A stretch of DNA of 64,000 nt, taken from Thermoproteota archaeon (GTDB lineage Archaea > Korarchaeota > Korarchaeia > Korarchaeales > Korarchaeaceae). The stretch is taken from assembly GCA_027492205.1 (NCBI GenBank), contig JAOZFN010000017.1, positions 105,116 to 169,115 of the forward strand, written 5' to 3'. The notes under the pieces are model-generated. The model was given only the letters and a program-made list of their open reading frames with translations, was not told the DNA's origin and did no database searches. Both the position numbers and the translations under genes were made by a program. Below, in pieces: positions 19,855 to 30,497 of the stretch. The first letter of the stretch is position 1, and every line of letters begins with the position of its first letter.

Positions 19855-20262
19855 ATGAGGGCGAGGGTGAGGCTGCTGGGTGAGATGACCTTCGTCGGGG
19901 ACGCCGACGGCCCAGGGATAGTCGTTGACGGAAAGGGGAGGCTCGGCCCGTCCCCCATGCAGCTAGTCCTCATGGGGGTGGCGGGGTGCACCGCCGTCGA
20001 CGTCGCCGAGATCCTCGGGAGGAACGGGCAGGTCTTCGAGAGGCTGGAGGTCGTGGCCGAGGCCGAGAGGGCGCCGGAGCCCCCGAGGGTGTTCACGAAG
20101 GTGAAGATAAGGTACGTGGTGCACGGAGACGTAGACGAGAGGGTCTTGAGGGACGCGATCAAGCTCTCTCAGGCCAGGTACTGCTCTGCCAGCATCATGG
20201 TCAGGAGGTCCGGGGCAGAGGTCACGACCGAGTACGAGGTAGTCAGGGGTCGCGGGGACTGA
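19855..20262 (+). CDS. OsmC/Ohr family protein
   Basis: GPSPMQLVLMGVAGCTAVD and ARYCSAS (two-Cys motif). Confidence 0.9.
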   Translation: MRARVRLLGEMTFVGDADGPGIVVDGKGRLGPSPMQLVLMGVAGCTAVDVAEILGRNGQVFERLEVVAEAERAPEPPRVFTKVKIRYVVHGDVDERVLRDAIKLSQARYCSASIMVRRSGAEVTTEYEVVRGRGD

Positions 20263-20917
20263 GGGACCTCAGGAGGGAGGGGAGCTCCCGGATCCCGGGG
20301 ATTACGTGATCCGCCCCCTTCCTCCTCAGCCTCTCTTCCGGCTCCAGCCCGGTCAGCACGCCGATCGACAGGACGCCGGCCAGCTTGGCCGACTCGACGT
20401 CGACCCAGTAGTCCCCCACGAACACGGCCTCCTCCGGCGAGGCGCTGAAGTCCTCCAGGACCTTCTGGATCAGCTCGTGCCGGTGCCACAGCCCGCCGGA
20501 GTTCGGCTCGTGCTGGCCCAGGGTGTAGACCTCGTCCACCAGGTCTGCCAGGCCGAACCGCCCGAGCTCCCCCCAGAGGGCCTCCCTGGTGGTCCGCCTG
20601 CCCGTGGTGACCACGATCCTAATCCCCATCCTCCTGAGCTCCTCGAGGGCCTCCCTTGCACCCTCAATGAGCCTGTCCTCGGGGTGCCTCAGCTCGGCGT
20701 GCCTCATGGCGAACTCCCGCCAGAATTCGGCCTTATCCACTCCCCCTGGGACGTACTCGTCCAGCCTGTCCTCCGCGTACATCCTCACGAACTCCCTCCA
20801 GCCGGGGGGGCTCCCCCCCACCTTCGAGAGAACCTCCGAGAAGGCGACGTGGAACCTCCGGAGGGTGTCCAGCAGCGTCTGGTCGAGGTCCAGTATCGCG
20901 AGCCTGATCCTAGGCAC
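20243..20917 (-). CDS. HAD-superfamily hydrolase (phosphoglycolate phosphatase-like)
   Basis: DLDQTLLDT, VTTG, VFVGDYWVDVESAKLAG. Confidence 0.9.
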   Translation of the reverse strand: MPRIRLAILDLDQTLLDTLRRFHVAFSEVLSKVGGSPPGWREFVRMYAEDRLDEYVPGGVDKAEFWREFAMRHAELRHPEDRLIEGAREALEELRRMGIRIVVTTGRRTTREALWGELGRFGLADLVDEVYTLGQHEPNSGGLWHRHELIQKVLEDFSASPEEAVFVGDYWVDVESAKLAGVLSIGVLTGLEPEERLRRKGADHVIPGIRELPSLLRSLSPRDP

Positions 20918-20924
20918 CCTCGAC

Positions 20925-22118
20925 TCACCTCCTGAGTACCCTCTCGACGGCCTCGGCGACTCGCCTGGCGTATTTGGGATTCGTATAAACCCTGACGGTC
21001 TTTATCGCGGTCACGAGGGCCTCCGGAGGGATTACCCCGCCGCGGACCGACTCCAGGGGGACGACGGGGCCGTCCTCCTCCACGACGCCGATGAGCCCGG
21101 CGTGGCTGGCGGACGGGAGGGAGGGAGACCCCACCAGGACCCAGTGGGCGGGCACGCCAGCCTCCTCGGCTATGCCCTCGTGCCCGACCTCGGCGAGCCT
21201 GTCTCCGTCCTCGCCCCCCCTCTCCGCCACGAGCCTGACGGGCCTCCTCGCCTCCAGGTCCGAGAGGATCTCGTCCACCCGCCTCGACTCGGCAGACGCG
21301 GCCCTGAGGGCGCAGACGACGGAGTGGTCGTCGAACCGCGCCCAGCCGGAGAGCTCGACCAGCTCCAGGACTTCTTCACCCGCGGGGAGGCCTACTACGT
21401 CCCTCGCGAGCTCGTAGGTCCGCTGGAGCATAAGCTCGAAGGCGACGACCGTCTTGTGGAGGTATACCGCCCTGAACATGAAGGTCCTGCTCAGGATGAA
21501 GTGCTCCAGCGCGTGGAGGGACCTCCTCGGGATTGCGAGCACCGGTGAGCCGGCCAGCTCGGCCTTTCTCACCACCCTGAGGATCCTCTGGACGTCGGGC
21601 CTGCCGTAGGTGACTCCCGTGTGGAGCGAGTCTCTCAGCAGGTAGTCCAGGCGGTCGGCGTCTAGTGGAGAGGAGATCAGGAGAGACTCCGGTCTCTTGT
21701 GTCCCCACGCGACCTCGGCCACCTCTTCCGGGCTGTACCCGGCCGCCGAGAGGGCGTCGGCCAGCTCGCCGCTCCTGAGCACCTCCCTGCCCAGCCGCTC
21801 GTGGCTCGCCCCCAGGGTGGCCTCGAGGGTGTGGGAGAAGGGCGGGTGGCCGACGTCGTGGAGGAGGGCCGCCAGCCTGGCCAGCTGAGCGTCTGCCTCG
21901 GGTAGGGCGCTCCTGGCCAGGGCCTCGGCCAGGTGCATCGCGCCGAGGCTGTGGGCGAACCTGGTGTGGGTGGCCCCAGGGTAGACCAGGTGTGCGGGGC
22001 CCAGCTGGGATATCCTGCGGAGCCTCTGGAAGGTCGGGGTGTCTACCACCGACACCTCGACCTCGGTCAGGCCGATGTAACCGTGGACGTTGTCGTACAC
22101 GTGTTTGACGAACCTCAT
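20925..22118 (-). CDS. HD-domain phosphohydrolase (SAMHD1/dNTP triphosphohydrolase-like)
   Basis: DNVHG, FQRLRRISQLG, YPGATHTRFAHSLG, LLHDVGHPPFSH, LDADRLDYLLRD, VYLHK. Confidence 0.92.
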   Translation of the reverse strand: MRFVKHVYDNVHGYIGLTEVEVSVVDTPTFQRLRRISQLGPAHLVYPGATHTRFAHSLGAMHLAEALARSALPEADAQLARLAALLHDVGHPPFSHTLEATLGASHERLGREVLRSGELADALSAAGYSPEEVAEVAWGHKRPESLLISSPLDADRLDYLLRDSLHTGVTYGRPDVQRILRVVRKAELAGSPVLAIPRRSLHALEHFILSRTFMFRAVYLHKTVVAFELMLQRTYELARDVVGLPAGEEVLELVELSGWARFDDHSVVCALRAASAESRRVDEILSDLEARRPVRLVAERGGEDGDRLAEVGHEGIAEEAGVPAHWVLVGSPSLPSASHAGLIGVVEEDGPVVPLESVRGGVIPPEALVTAIKTVRVYTNPKYARRVAEAVERVLRR

Positions 22119-22192
22119 CGCTCGGGCCCTGGATCTGGCGGAATAATTATTGATTGGTAGGCCCGCGAAAGGGAGTCCCTCTGTTGGGACCG

Positions 22193-24249
22193 TCAGGAGC
22201 GAATCCTTCTGTACAGGGCCGCCGCCAGCGCTAGGGTCAACGCCAGAGGCAGGGCCAGGAACCACTGAGGTAGCACGTTCACCCTCAGCTCCCCCTCGGC
22301 GAGGATGTGCCCTTGGGCGAGCACTCGCGCGTAGACCCAGTGGGTGCCCTGGGAGAGCGTGACCGACGCGGAGGCCTCTCCTCCGGGAGGCACCGACAGG
22401 TTCTCAGAGACCGCGCGATTCCCGTCTATGAACACCTCCAGCGTTAGGTTGAGGGTGAGTTCGTAGGGGTTCTCCACGGTCGCAGAGAGGCTCCAAGATC
22501 CCAACTCGAATCTGCTCGGAGTGGAGATCTTGAGCGGAACGGTCGGGCCGACGACCGCAACGCTAACCCTCTCCTCCGCGAGCTCTATGTCGGCCGGGCC
22601 CACGACCCTCACGGTCAGGTCGTGGGTTCCAGGGCCCAGGTGGATCTCCCACGACTCGTAGAGGACGCCCGGGGACAGGTTCACCTCGATCCACTCTACC
22701 AGCTCGCCATCCTCCTCCAAGACCTCCACCCTGACCGGGATCTCGAGTGGGTTGGGGTTGGTCAGGGCGACCGTGAGATTCACCGGCCCCCCTGGGACTG
22801 AGGACGCCCACGCGGCCAAGCTCAGGTTGGTGATCGACTCAATTACGACCCGCGCGAACGACTCCGAACCCAGGGCCGAGCAGCGGAGCCTCAACTCGTG
22901 CCTGCCCGGCGTTGTGTTCAGGTCAAGTGGTATCTCCACGATCCCGCGCGCCGGCAACTCGTACGCCCCGGTCCAGAACTTCGCCCCGTCAAGCCAGGCG
23001 GTGACGACAGCCTCGGCATCCCTGGGGAGGGGGTTCTTTAGACTCAGCTCGATTGTCCCCCTGCCCTCCGGCAGGATGACTTGTCCAGGAACGCCGACCT
23101 CGATTGGCTCGGTCGCGTAGGCCCTGACCCCAAAGAAGCCAGACACGTAAACTACGTCTCCACCGGGTGCCCAGGCCACGGACAGGGCTCCGTCCGGCAA
23201 GAGGCCCGAGTCGAGAACGATTCGGCCGGAGCTGTCGAGCACCACAAGCCGCCTGTCGAGGAGCGCGGCCAGGAGGTCTCCATTCGGACTCCAGCGAACC
23301 AGGTTGATCGCCCGACCCAGGGCTCCGGTGGACCAGACGACTCCTCCCTTTTCGCCCAGTAGGACCACTTCTCCCCCCGAGGCAGCGACGAGCCCCCCTT
23401 GTCGCCAGTCGAGGGAGGACACGGGGTTTGCCAGTGGGGGGAGGTCCAGGCTGCCCTGCCGGACCGGTTGTAGAAATTGACGGTTAAGGACCGCTCCCTC
23501 TGGGATGAAGAGAGAAACCCGACGGCCAGCAGGGAGCCGTCCGGGCTCCAAGAAACCGACGCCCTCTCAGATCCGATGAACCCGTGCGTCTTTGGCGCTG
23601 TGGCCCACAGCTGAGCGCAGCTCCTGTTGAGGACGACTACTCTCCCGTTCCCCAGCGCGAAGGTCACCAGAGAGCCGCCTGGCGACCAGTCAACCCAGGT
23701 TGCTGGGGTCTCCGTCTCAAACCAGCACAGCAGACCCTCGCTCTTGGAGAGTATCCCGTAGAGCCCCCGTCCTCCTCCTGCCTCTGAGGTCTTGAGGCTG
23801 AAGGCCAGTCCGGCGCACCCTGGATCCCACCGGACTACGCCGCTCCACGCTCTCTGCCTCACCGGCAGGGACCACCACACGGCCCCTGACCGATTGATCA
23901 GGGTGATTTCGTCGACTGAGAGGACCGCCATAAGTCCCCCTCGACACGAGTCCACGGACAGAGAGGGTCCCAAGTCGAGATGCCATATCGTCTCCCCGTT
24001 GGACGCATTCAGAGCCAATAGGCCCTGCTCAGTCGCCACATAGACCTCCTTACCGTCTGGAGAAATGGCTAAGTCATATGCTGGTCCCACGTCGCTCCTT
24101 TCCCACAACATGGGCGCCGCGTGCTGGAATGTCGTGAGGACCGGCGCCGGAGCTACCAGCGCGAGGATGGTCGCAAGCGCTACAGCGCCCCTCACAACCC
24201 TTGCTGGGCGTGAGAGATTATTTTCGTTACTTGTGGCCGCTTCGTTCAC
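22193..24249 (-). pseudogene. Surface-anchored WD40/beta-propeller-Ig protein (paralog 2), split by a frameshift in a G6 run
   Basis: ORFs 23152-24249 and 22193-23551 join into one protein colinear with paralog 1 if G6 (23436-23441) is G7: AAWTSPPLANPVSSLDWRQGG vs paralog ELWRSNPLGTPIHSVDWSQTG. May be a sequencing error. Confidence 0.78.
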
Positions 24250-24356
24250 CTTCGACCCTAAACTTGTGCGGGTTGAGTCGTCTCATCGACCAATCGTCTA
24301 TACCAGCCGTGCCGAGCCCTATTAACCCGGGAGCGGCTCAAGGAATCGGTGATAGC

Positions 24357-26135
24357 ATGAGGCGGGCCCTCTTGCCCTGCCTTGCCCTGTCCCTTGTAGT
24401 CCTCCTAGTGCTGCCGCTCCAGCTGGTGGAGGCCGCCTCTTCGACCGTCGAGGTGGAGGTTGCGGCCGACGTCTACATAGACGCCTACGACGGGGAGCTC
24501 GACCTCTCGATATCGGACCCAGATCTGAACTTCAAGCACGGCTCCGACCCCATCCTAATCGTGGGAAAGAAGAAGGAGAGCGTCGAGTACGGGAGGACGG
24601 CCTTCACGGACGACTGGCACGAGGGCTGCGGAATCTTCGATGCCGAGTGCGTCGGCCTCACGGGGGCCAACGAGTACAGGATCCTCCTGAGGCCCAGCCT
24701 GGACGGGATCTCCGGGGTAGTGATGTCAGCCAAGATAGTGCTCACCCTCAAGCAGATGGATCCTGATCACGACGTCGCAATTCTAGCGTATCCGCTGGTG
24801 GCCAACTTCAACGAGGCAGAGGCGACGTGGATCTACAGGGACTCGGGCGTGGAGTGGGCCATCGAGGGTGGAGACTACAACTCATCAGGTCTCTTGGAGC
24901 AGGTCGTGGTGGAGGCCGGGTCAGCCCCGGGCACGGTGGTCGAGGTAGATGTGACGGACTACGTCCGCGCGGTGAAGCAGGGACGGTCCCACAACTACGG
25001 GATAATCCTGATCCCCGGGGCGACCCTCGGGTGGGCCGAGTTCTACTCCACCGAGTCCTCGAATCCCAAGGGGAGGCCCAAGCTTGTGGTGGAGACCTCC
25101 TCCCCGGGCGGGGTCGTCGGAACCCCGATGCCCACCACCCCGCCGCCCTTCGGGGGCTGGACGGGGCCGGTGACCCCCCACGTCTGGTACGTGTCGGTCT
25201 CACCCTCGGAGGTCACTGTCCTGCGGGGGAGAAGCGTCACCGTGGACGTCGGCGTGGAGGCGATTGGGGTCAGCCCCACGGTCTCGCTGTCGGCCTCTGG
25301 GATCCCGCCGGGCTGCGCGGTCAGCTTCAGCCAGACGGGTGGGCCCGCTCCCCTCGCGGCCAGCCTGACGGTATCCACCACCGCCTCGACGCCTGAGGGG
25401 GACTACAACGTGACGATCCAAGCGATTTCCAGCTCTGGGGAGACTCGCTCCACGGTGTTGCGCCTCAAGGTGGTCAGCAGGCCCAGTCCAGACTTCAAGG
25501 TCACGGTCAGGCCCCCGGGCGGCGCGGTCGGTCAGGGGGAGGCCGCTGCCTTCAAGGTCGCAGTTGCTCCGATGTACGGGTTCTCCGAACCCGTGACTGT
25601 CTCCCTGCTCAACCTGCCTTCCGGCTGCTCCTACACGGTCTCTGGAGTCGGAGTTCCCCCGTTCGAGGCCTGGGTCAACGTCTCTACCTCTGAGGATACC
25701 CCCGCCGGTGCCCACAACCTGGTGGTCAAGGTCGCCGGCGGCGGCCTCACGAAGTCGGAGAGGTTTGTCCTCGTGGTGATTTCGGCCCCGGAGGGGGGCG
25801 AGACATCCCCGCCTCCAGGCGGTCCCGTGGGAGGTGAAGGGGCCCCTGGCTCCGGTGTCGGCGCGGGAGGAGCCGCCGGCGGTCAGTCTGCGGGCGGGGG
25901 TCCCCGGCAGGGTGGCTCGACCCAGGGGGGAGGTCGTCAAAGGCCGCCCAGGTCCCAGCCGACCGCTGGCCAGAGTCCGGGGGGTGGCGAATCCCAGGGA
26001 GCGGGCAGGGAGACCGGGAGCACCTTGACTCTGCCCCTCCTGGGAGTGACCTTGCCCGCGTGGCTGGTCGCGGTTCTGGCGCTGGGGCTGATCCTCATAG
26101 TCGCTGGGATCGCCCTGCGCGCCAGGGGGTCTTGA
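24357..26135 (+). CDS. Surface-anchored DNRLRE/CBM96-like domain protein with two Ig-like repeats and a Gly-rich stalk
   Basis: Signal peptide; ADVYID, FNEAEATW, VDVTDYV, NYGIIL, FYSTESS...PKLVVE; repeated TxxxTPxGxYNV/L units; G/P/S linker and C-terminal TM. Confidence 0.72.
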   Translation: MRRALLPCLALSLVVLLVLPLQLVEAASSTVEVEVAADVYIDAYDGELDLSISDPDLNFKHGSDPILIVGKKKESVEYGRTAFTDDWHEGCGIFDAECVGLTGANEYRILLRPSLDGISGVVMSAKIVLTLKQMDPDHDVAILAYPLVANFNEAEATWIYRDSGVEWAIEGGDYNSSGLLEQVVVEAGSAPGTVVEVDVTDYVRAVKQGRSHNYGIILIPGATLGWAEFYSTESSNPKGRPKLVVETSSPGGVVGTPMPTTPPPFGGWTGPVTPHVWYVSVSPSEVTVLRGRSVTVDVGVEAIGVSPTVSLSASGIPPGCAVSFSQTGGPAPLAASLTVSTTASTPEGDYNVTIQAISSSGETRSTVLRLKVVSRPSPDFKVTVRPPGGAVGQGEAAAFKVAVAPMYGFSEPVTVSLLNLPSGCSYTVSGVGVPPFEAWVNVSTSEDTPAGAHNLVVKVAGGGLTKSERFVLVVISAPEGGETSPPPGGPVGGEGAPGSGVGAGGAAGGQSAGGGPRQGGSTQGGGRQRPPRSQPTAGQSPGGGESQGAGRETGSTLTLPLLGVTLPAWLVAVLALGLILIVAGIALRARGS

Positions 26136-26185
26136 GCCCCCCATACACGACTTTTTTCGGTGGTGTTGGATAGTGAGGGGGTTGC

Positions 26186-27163
26186 GTGGCCTCCCCTGTC
26201 CTGAAGCGATCGCCGGGCGCCGGCCTAATTAAATACGGATGGCGCGGGCCCATCGTCCTGTTGAGGCTCCTCAGGCCCTTCGACCCCTGGAAGAGCCCGC
26301 TGTGTACCTGCCCACCGCAGCTCACGCTCAATCCGTACACCGGGTGCGGGCACAAGTGCGTCTACTGCTACATTACCGCGTATGTGAGGGATGCCTTCAA
26401 CCCGAGGCCAAAGAAGGACCTCTTATCACGTCTGATCTCCGACCTGAGGCACCTCCGGCCCGGAACCCTGGTCTCGATGAGCCTCAGCTCGGACCCGTAC
26501 ACGCCACCCGAGGGGGAGCTGGGGCTGACGAGGCGGGCCCTAGATCTCCTACTTAGAGCCGGGGCCAGGGTCCTCGTCGTGACCAAGTCCGGACTGGTGG
26601 CCCGTGACGCAGACCTGCTGGGGCGAGGCCGCGCGGCGGTAATGTTCACCGTCACGACGCTGAGCGAGGACCTGGCATCGAGGCTGGAACCCGGGGCGCC
26701 GCCGCCCAGGGAGAGGCTGAAGGCGATGTCTTTCCTCTCCGCCGCCGGCGTTCCCGTTGGACTCAGGCTGGATCCGATCATACCTGGTGTGAACGACTCC
26801 CTAGAGGAGATCGCGAGGATCCTGGAGGAGGCGAGGAGGGCCGGAGCCTCTCACGTAGTCTCCTCAACTTACAAGGCCAGGCCTGACAGCGTGAGGCGCC
26901 TCACAGAGGCCCTGCCGGAGGTCGCCGAGGCGCTGAAGCTGGCCTACAGGTCGGGGGAGAGGGTCGGCGGCTACCTCTACCTGCCGAAGGCGGTGAGAGT
27001 CAGGCTCATGGAGGCGGTGAGGGAGGCGGCCCTTAGGTCGGGGATGACCTTCGCCACATGCAGGGAGGGGCTGGCCCACATGAACACGCCGGGTGTCTCG
27101 TGCGACGGGTCCCACCTGACCCCGCCCGACCGGGGGGCTCGGCCGACGGAAAAGGGATATTAG
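26186..27163 (+). CDS. Radical SAM protein, SplB/spore photoproduct lyase-like
   Basis: PFDPWKSPLCTCP, LNPYTGCGHKCVYCY (CxxxCxxC), SSDPYTP.E, LEPGAP, DPIIPG. Confidence 0.88.
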   Translation: MASPVLKRSPGAGLIKYGWRGPIVLLRLLRPFDPWKSPLCTCPPQLTLNPYTGCGHKCVYCYITAYVRDAFNPRPKKDLLSRLISDLRHLRPGTLVSMSLSSDPYTPPEGELGLTRRALDLLLRAGARVLVVTKSGLVARDADLLGRGRAAVMFTVTTLSEDLASRLEPGAPPPRERLKAMSFLSAAGVPVGLRLDPIIPGVNDSLEEIARILEEARRAGASHVVSSTYKARPDSVRRLTEALPEVAEALKLAYRSGERVGGYLYLPKAVRVRLMEAVREAALRSGMTFATCREGLAHMNTPGVSCDGSHLTPPDRGARPTEKGY

Positions 27164-27200
27164 GAACGCGCCGGGATCCAACCCCGCTGGGTGCCTGGGG

Positions 27201-27830
27201 TTGGGGCTCCACGCGTTCTTCGTGTTTGACGCCTTCACTGAATTCTTCAGCGCTCTCACGGCCATCTTCGTGGCCTATTACTCGCTGAGGGCCTACAAGA
27301 TCCTGGAGGACAGCCGGATGGTCGCCCTCAACCTGGGGTTCTCCGTCCTCGGCGTCGGAATGCTGGTGCACGGGGCCATCAAGGTCAGGATAGCCTTGGC
27401 CGTCCTCTCCGGCGTGCCCGTCCCGCCAGCCAGGCGGCTCCCGCTGGTTAGGCTGGGGTACACCCTGGCCTTCGCCACGGAGCTGGCAGCCTACGCCCTC
27501 ATCCTGCTCGCGACAATCAAGAGGCCCCCATCAATGGAGACGACACTCCTCCCACCACTGGCGGCCCCGCTGCTGGAGTACGATTTCCGCTCTGAGGCCC
27601 TCCTAGCGGTCCTGGCCCTGCTGATCGCCGTGAAGGCGGGAATTGGCTACTCCCAGGGGGAGTCGAGGCTCGCCGGGCTGGTGTCCCTCGGATTCGCGCT
27701 GCTCTCCGCCAGCCACTTCCTCCTCGTCTTCGGAGGCCCGCTGAAGCTGATCTCCGCCGACGTCGCGAGGCTGCTCGGGTTCGCCTGCCTCCTCTGGATG
27801 GTGATCAGGGTGAGCAGGGTGGGAGCATGA
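27201..27830 (+). CDS. Hypothetical integral membrane protein (~6-7 TM)
   Basis: Hydrophobic helices throughout; ATGA overlap with the downstream wHTH gene. Confidence 0.65.
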   Translation: MGLHAFFVFDAFTEFFSALTAIFVAYYSLRAYKILEDSRMVALNLGFSVLGVGMLVHGAIKVRIALAVLSGVPVPPARRLPLVRLGYTLAFATELAAYALILLATIKRPPSMETTLLPPLAAPLLEYDFRSEALLAVLALLIAVKAGIGYSQGESRLAGLVSLGFALLSASHFLLVFGGPLKLISADVARLLGFACLLWMVIRVSRVGA

Positions 27831-28114
27831 CGGCCAGGCAGAGGTACAGGTCGAAGATGAGGATCTGCTACGACATGCTCAGGGTGATACAGGAGGAGGG
27901 GGGAGAGGCGGGCCCCACCCGGATTCTCTACGGCGCGAACCTCTCCTACGAGAGGCTCAAGAGGTACCTCGCCGAGCTGATCGAGAAGGGCCTCATTGAG
28001 GAGGTGGAGAGGGACGGAAAGAGGATATACAGGCTGACGGACAGCGGGCGGATGTTCATCGTCCACTTCAGGAAGATGACGGAGTTCGCGAAGGCCTTCG
28101 GAATGATCCTATAA
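27827..28114 (+). CDS. Winged-HTH transcriptional regulator (archaeal HTH_45 type)
   Basis: RSKMRICYDML...PTRILYGANLSYERLKRYLAELIEKGLI...YRLTDSG. Confidence 0.88.
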   Translation: MTARQRYRSKMRICYDMLRVIQEEGGEAGPTRILYGANLSYERLKRYLAELIEKGLIEEVERDGKRIYRLTDSGRMFIVHFRKMTEFAKAFGMIL

Positions 28115-28171
28115 CCTCGTCGCCAGGCCTCCCGACCGACCGCGCGGGTCGCCAGCGAGAGGCGCGCCGCG

Positions 28172-28941
28172 GTGCGCTGGTCCGAACTCTCCGTGGAGGC
28201 CAGGAGTTACGTCCTGTATCAGCCCTAGCCTCGACGGTCCTGATCACGCGGTACGCGCTCCCCCTCTACCCGATGAAGGTGGGCTACGGCGTCTTTGGAG
28301 GTCGGGGCCACATTCACGGCCGCGACCTGTTGAGCGTTCCGTTCACCGTCCTGCTGGGCAGGAGGTTCACGAGGGTCGACCCGAGGCTTGGGCTGGCCGC
28401 CATAGACCTGATGGAGGCGGTCTCCCTCGCCCTCTCCTCGATGGCGTACGGTCCGATGGCCCCCCTGCTCGTTCTGGCGGGGCAGCTGGTGGACGAGGCA
28501 TCCAGCGTGCTCTATTCCCTCTATCCTGCCTACGAGAGGATCGCGTACTCGGAGGAGAGGTTCAGGAAGCCCATGCTGTGGCACATGGCGGTTCCCGAGC
28601 TCTCGGTGGTCTTCACCTACCCGGCGCTCGGCTACGTCCTGGGGCGGGTCTGCGGTGACCCCTCCCGCCTACGACAGGCCTTCGCGGCCTTTGCGGCATA
28701 CCAGCTGCTCCTGATACCCTACACCCTCCTGGCGCTCAGGCCCGTTGTCATAGAGGGTAAGAGAGATGGCCAGGGGGAGGGGAAGGGGGAGGGTTGGGGG
28801 GAGCGTGGGGATCTGTGGAGGAGGTATGGGGTCTACGTGGTCGCCGACGTCCTCTTCGTCCTGGGCTGGAGCCTGGCCCCGGGCTTGGCCACGGTCTACC
28901 TCGTTATGGAGAAGTTTGCGCGCGTGGCGGTCATAACTTGA
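28172..28941 (+). pseudogene. Degraded, truncated MFS transporter
   Basis: Stitched frames read MRWSELSVEARSYVLY/ALASTVLITRYALPLY.MKVGYGVF/EVGATFTA/DLLSVPFTVLLGRRF...; several frameshifts, and the sequence ends after about half of a 12-TM fold. Confidence 0.65.
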
Positions 28942-29261
28942 CTGAGGAGGGTTCATCAACTCTGGAGAGCGTGGGCGGCTTGTCGACTGGCGTGCGAAGA
29001 CCTCGAAGGTTGCTTCCTGTGTAAATCCCAGCCCCACCCACCTTTTCGCAATTCAGTGGACCCGCGTAGGAGCCTTCGCTGTACAGAGGTCTCGCCCGTT
29101 ACCAAAGGCAATTTAGTCTGAAAAGCCCTTGCCGGACTGTGTAGGGCGGTCGGGACTCGGCAAAGTCATCAGAGATCAGCCGGTTGATCCCTCCTCATCC
29201 CGCCCAGCTGAAATGGCGGCCTGACTATTTTTCCTTATCTTGTGGGAGGTACCCCTCGGCC

Positions 29262-29783
29262 CTAACCTCCCCCGCCAGCCCCCCGGCTGATCCGCTCGGC
29301 CTCCCTGAGCGCTCGATCGTAGACGTCGGCCGTGAGCCAGAAACCGGCTCGGCTGAGGTTCCCGAGGTTTGTCCTGAACTGGGAGAGGTCGATTAGCCCG
29401 GCTTCCAGCAGATCAAGCAGGAGCCTCACCGTCCGCACGACCCTGACTCCCGCCGCCCTGGCCACGAGGTATGCCGGTCTGTCGTCCGCTAGGAGCGGGA
29501 GCCCCTTATCCAGCGCTAGAGAGATGGCCTCAGCCTCCCCCGGGTGAATATTCTCTCCGGCTGAGGGAACCGAGATCGGTTCGGCTCGCTCGACCGCCAC
29601 CCCGCCAGCCTCGATCAGCGCTCTTAGGGCTTGAGCCTCCGGATGGCCCGTCTCTTCGCCCCTCACCACCACCTCGCGGTACACGGCCTCCGGAATCAGA
29701 ATCCGGCCGAACAACCTCACCGCGAGGTCGATCTTCCCGAGCCTGACCAGGTATATCAGCGGGGTCGAGTTTGAGACCGCCAC
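29262..29783 (-). CDS. PIN-like toxin, DUF3368 family
   Basis: VSNSTPLIYL, IPEAVYREV, HPGEAEAISLA, LLADDRPA, GFWLTADVY. Confidence 0.88.
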   Translation of the reverse strand: MAVSNSTPLIYLVRLGKIDLAVRLFGRILIPEAVYREVVVRGEETGHPEAQALRALIEAGGVAVERAEPISVPSAGENIHPGEAEAISLALDKGLPLLADDRPAYLVARAAGVRVVRTVRLLLDLLEAGLIDLSQFRTNLGNLSRAGFWLTADVYDRALREAERISRGAGGGG

Positions 29784-30073
29784 CCGAGATCCTCCTCCAA
29801 GTCCTCCAGGGTGTATTGGGCGGGGATCCGCCTCACCCTCAGCTCGGCTAGGAACTCGTAGAGGGTCAGACCGGCCATCTCCGCGGCCTTCCAAGCAGAG
29901 ACCCTCCCCTCCGAGTAGAGTCTGATGGCCCTCTGAAGCTTCCACTGCCTCAGGCCCATCGAAATCAGCTTGCGAAGGGCCGTTGCCCTGTCGAGCTTCT
30001 CCTCCCTCTCCATCTCCTCCAGATCTTTCAGGGTGTCGTCTTCGATCCTGGTGGCCACCTGCCTCAGGGGCAC
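29756..30073 (-). CDS. UPF0175 family antitoxin
   Basis: RHH-like N-terminus; AIRLYSEGRVSAWKAAEMAGL...YTLEDLEEDL; overlaps the toxin start. Confidence 0.88.
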   Translation of the reverse strand: MPLRQVATRIEDDTLKDLEEMEREEKLDRATALRKLISMGLRQWKLQRAIRLYSEGRVSAWKAAEMAGLTLYEFLAELRVRRIPAQYTLEDLEEDLGWRSQTRPR

Positions 30074-30497
30074 GCGCGCTCGCGGGTGTGTTGATTTATA
30101 ACTTTTGGGAACGACAATCTCCGGCCGACTCCGACCCTACGGTGAGTGGACCCGAGAGGAGGGGCGGTCGTGACTAGGCGAAGACATCGGCCTTCATCCC
30201 GTTGATCCCTCGTCGCACCGCCCCCAAGAAATCTAGTGGGTCTGTTTTTGAGTTCCATTCTCCGGGCGTCTAGGGAATCTCCTTTAGCGTTCGCAGCGCA
30301 GGCGCTCCTTCAACTATTGAGCGCTCCAAACCCTCCAGCTGGATACGCACCCGCGCCCTGAAGTGGGTGTAAAGACAACCGGCTGCCGGCGATAGCGTTG
30401 GCCACCGTCGCAGTTGCCCTTCACTCAGGCCCCCGCCTGTCGGGTCCTGAGAGCAGCCCGGAATAACTCAGATTGGGGGCGTCGATCCGATCGACTA

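Noticed and set aside
25790-26020. Gly-rich low-complexity segment as a repeat element
   Set aside because: It is an in-frame flexible stalk of the DNRLRE surface protein with no nucleotide-level periodicity
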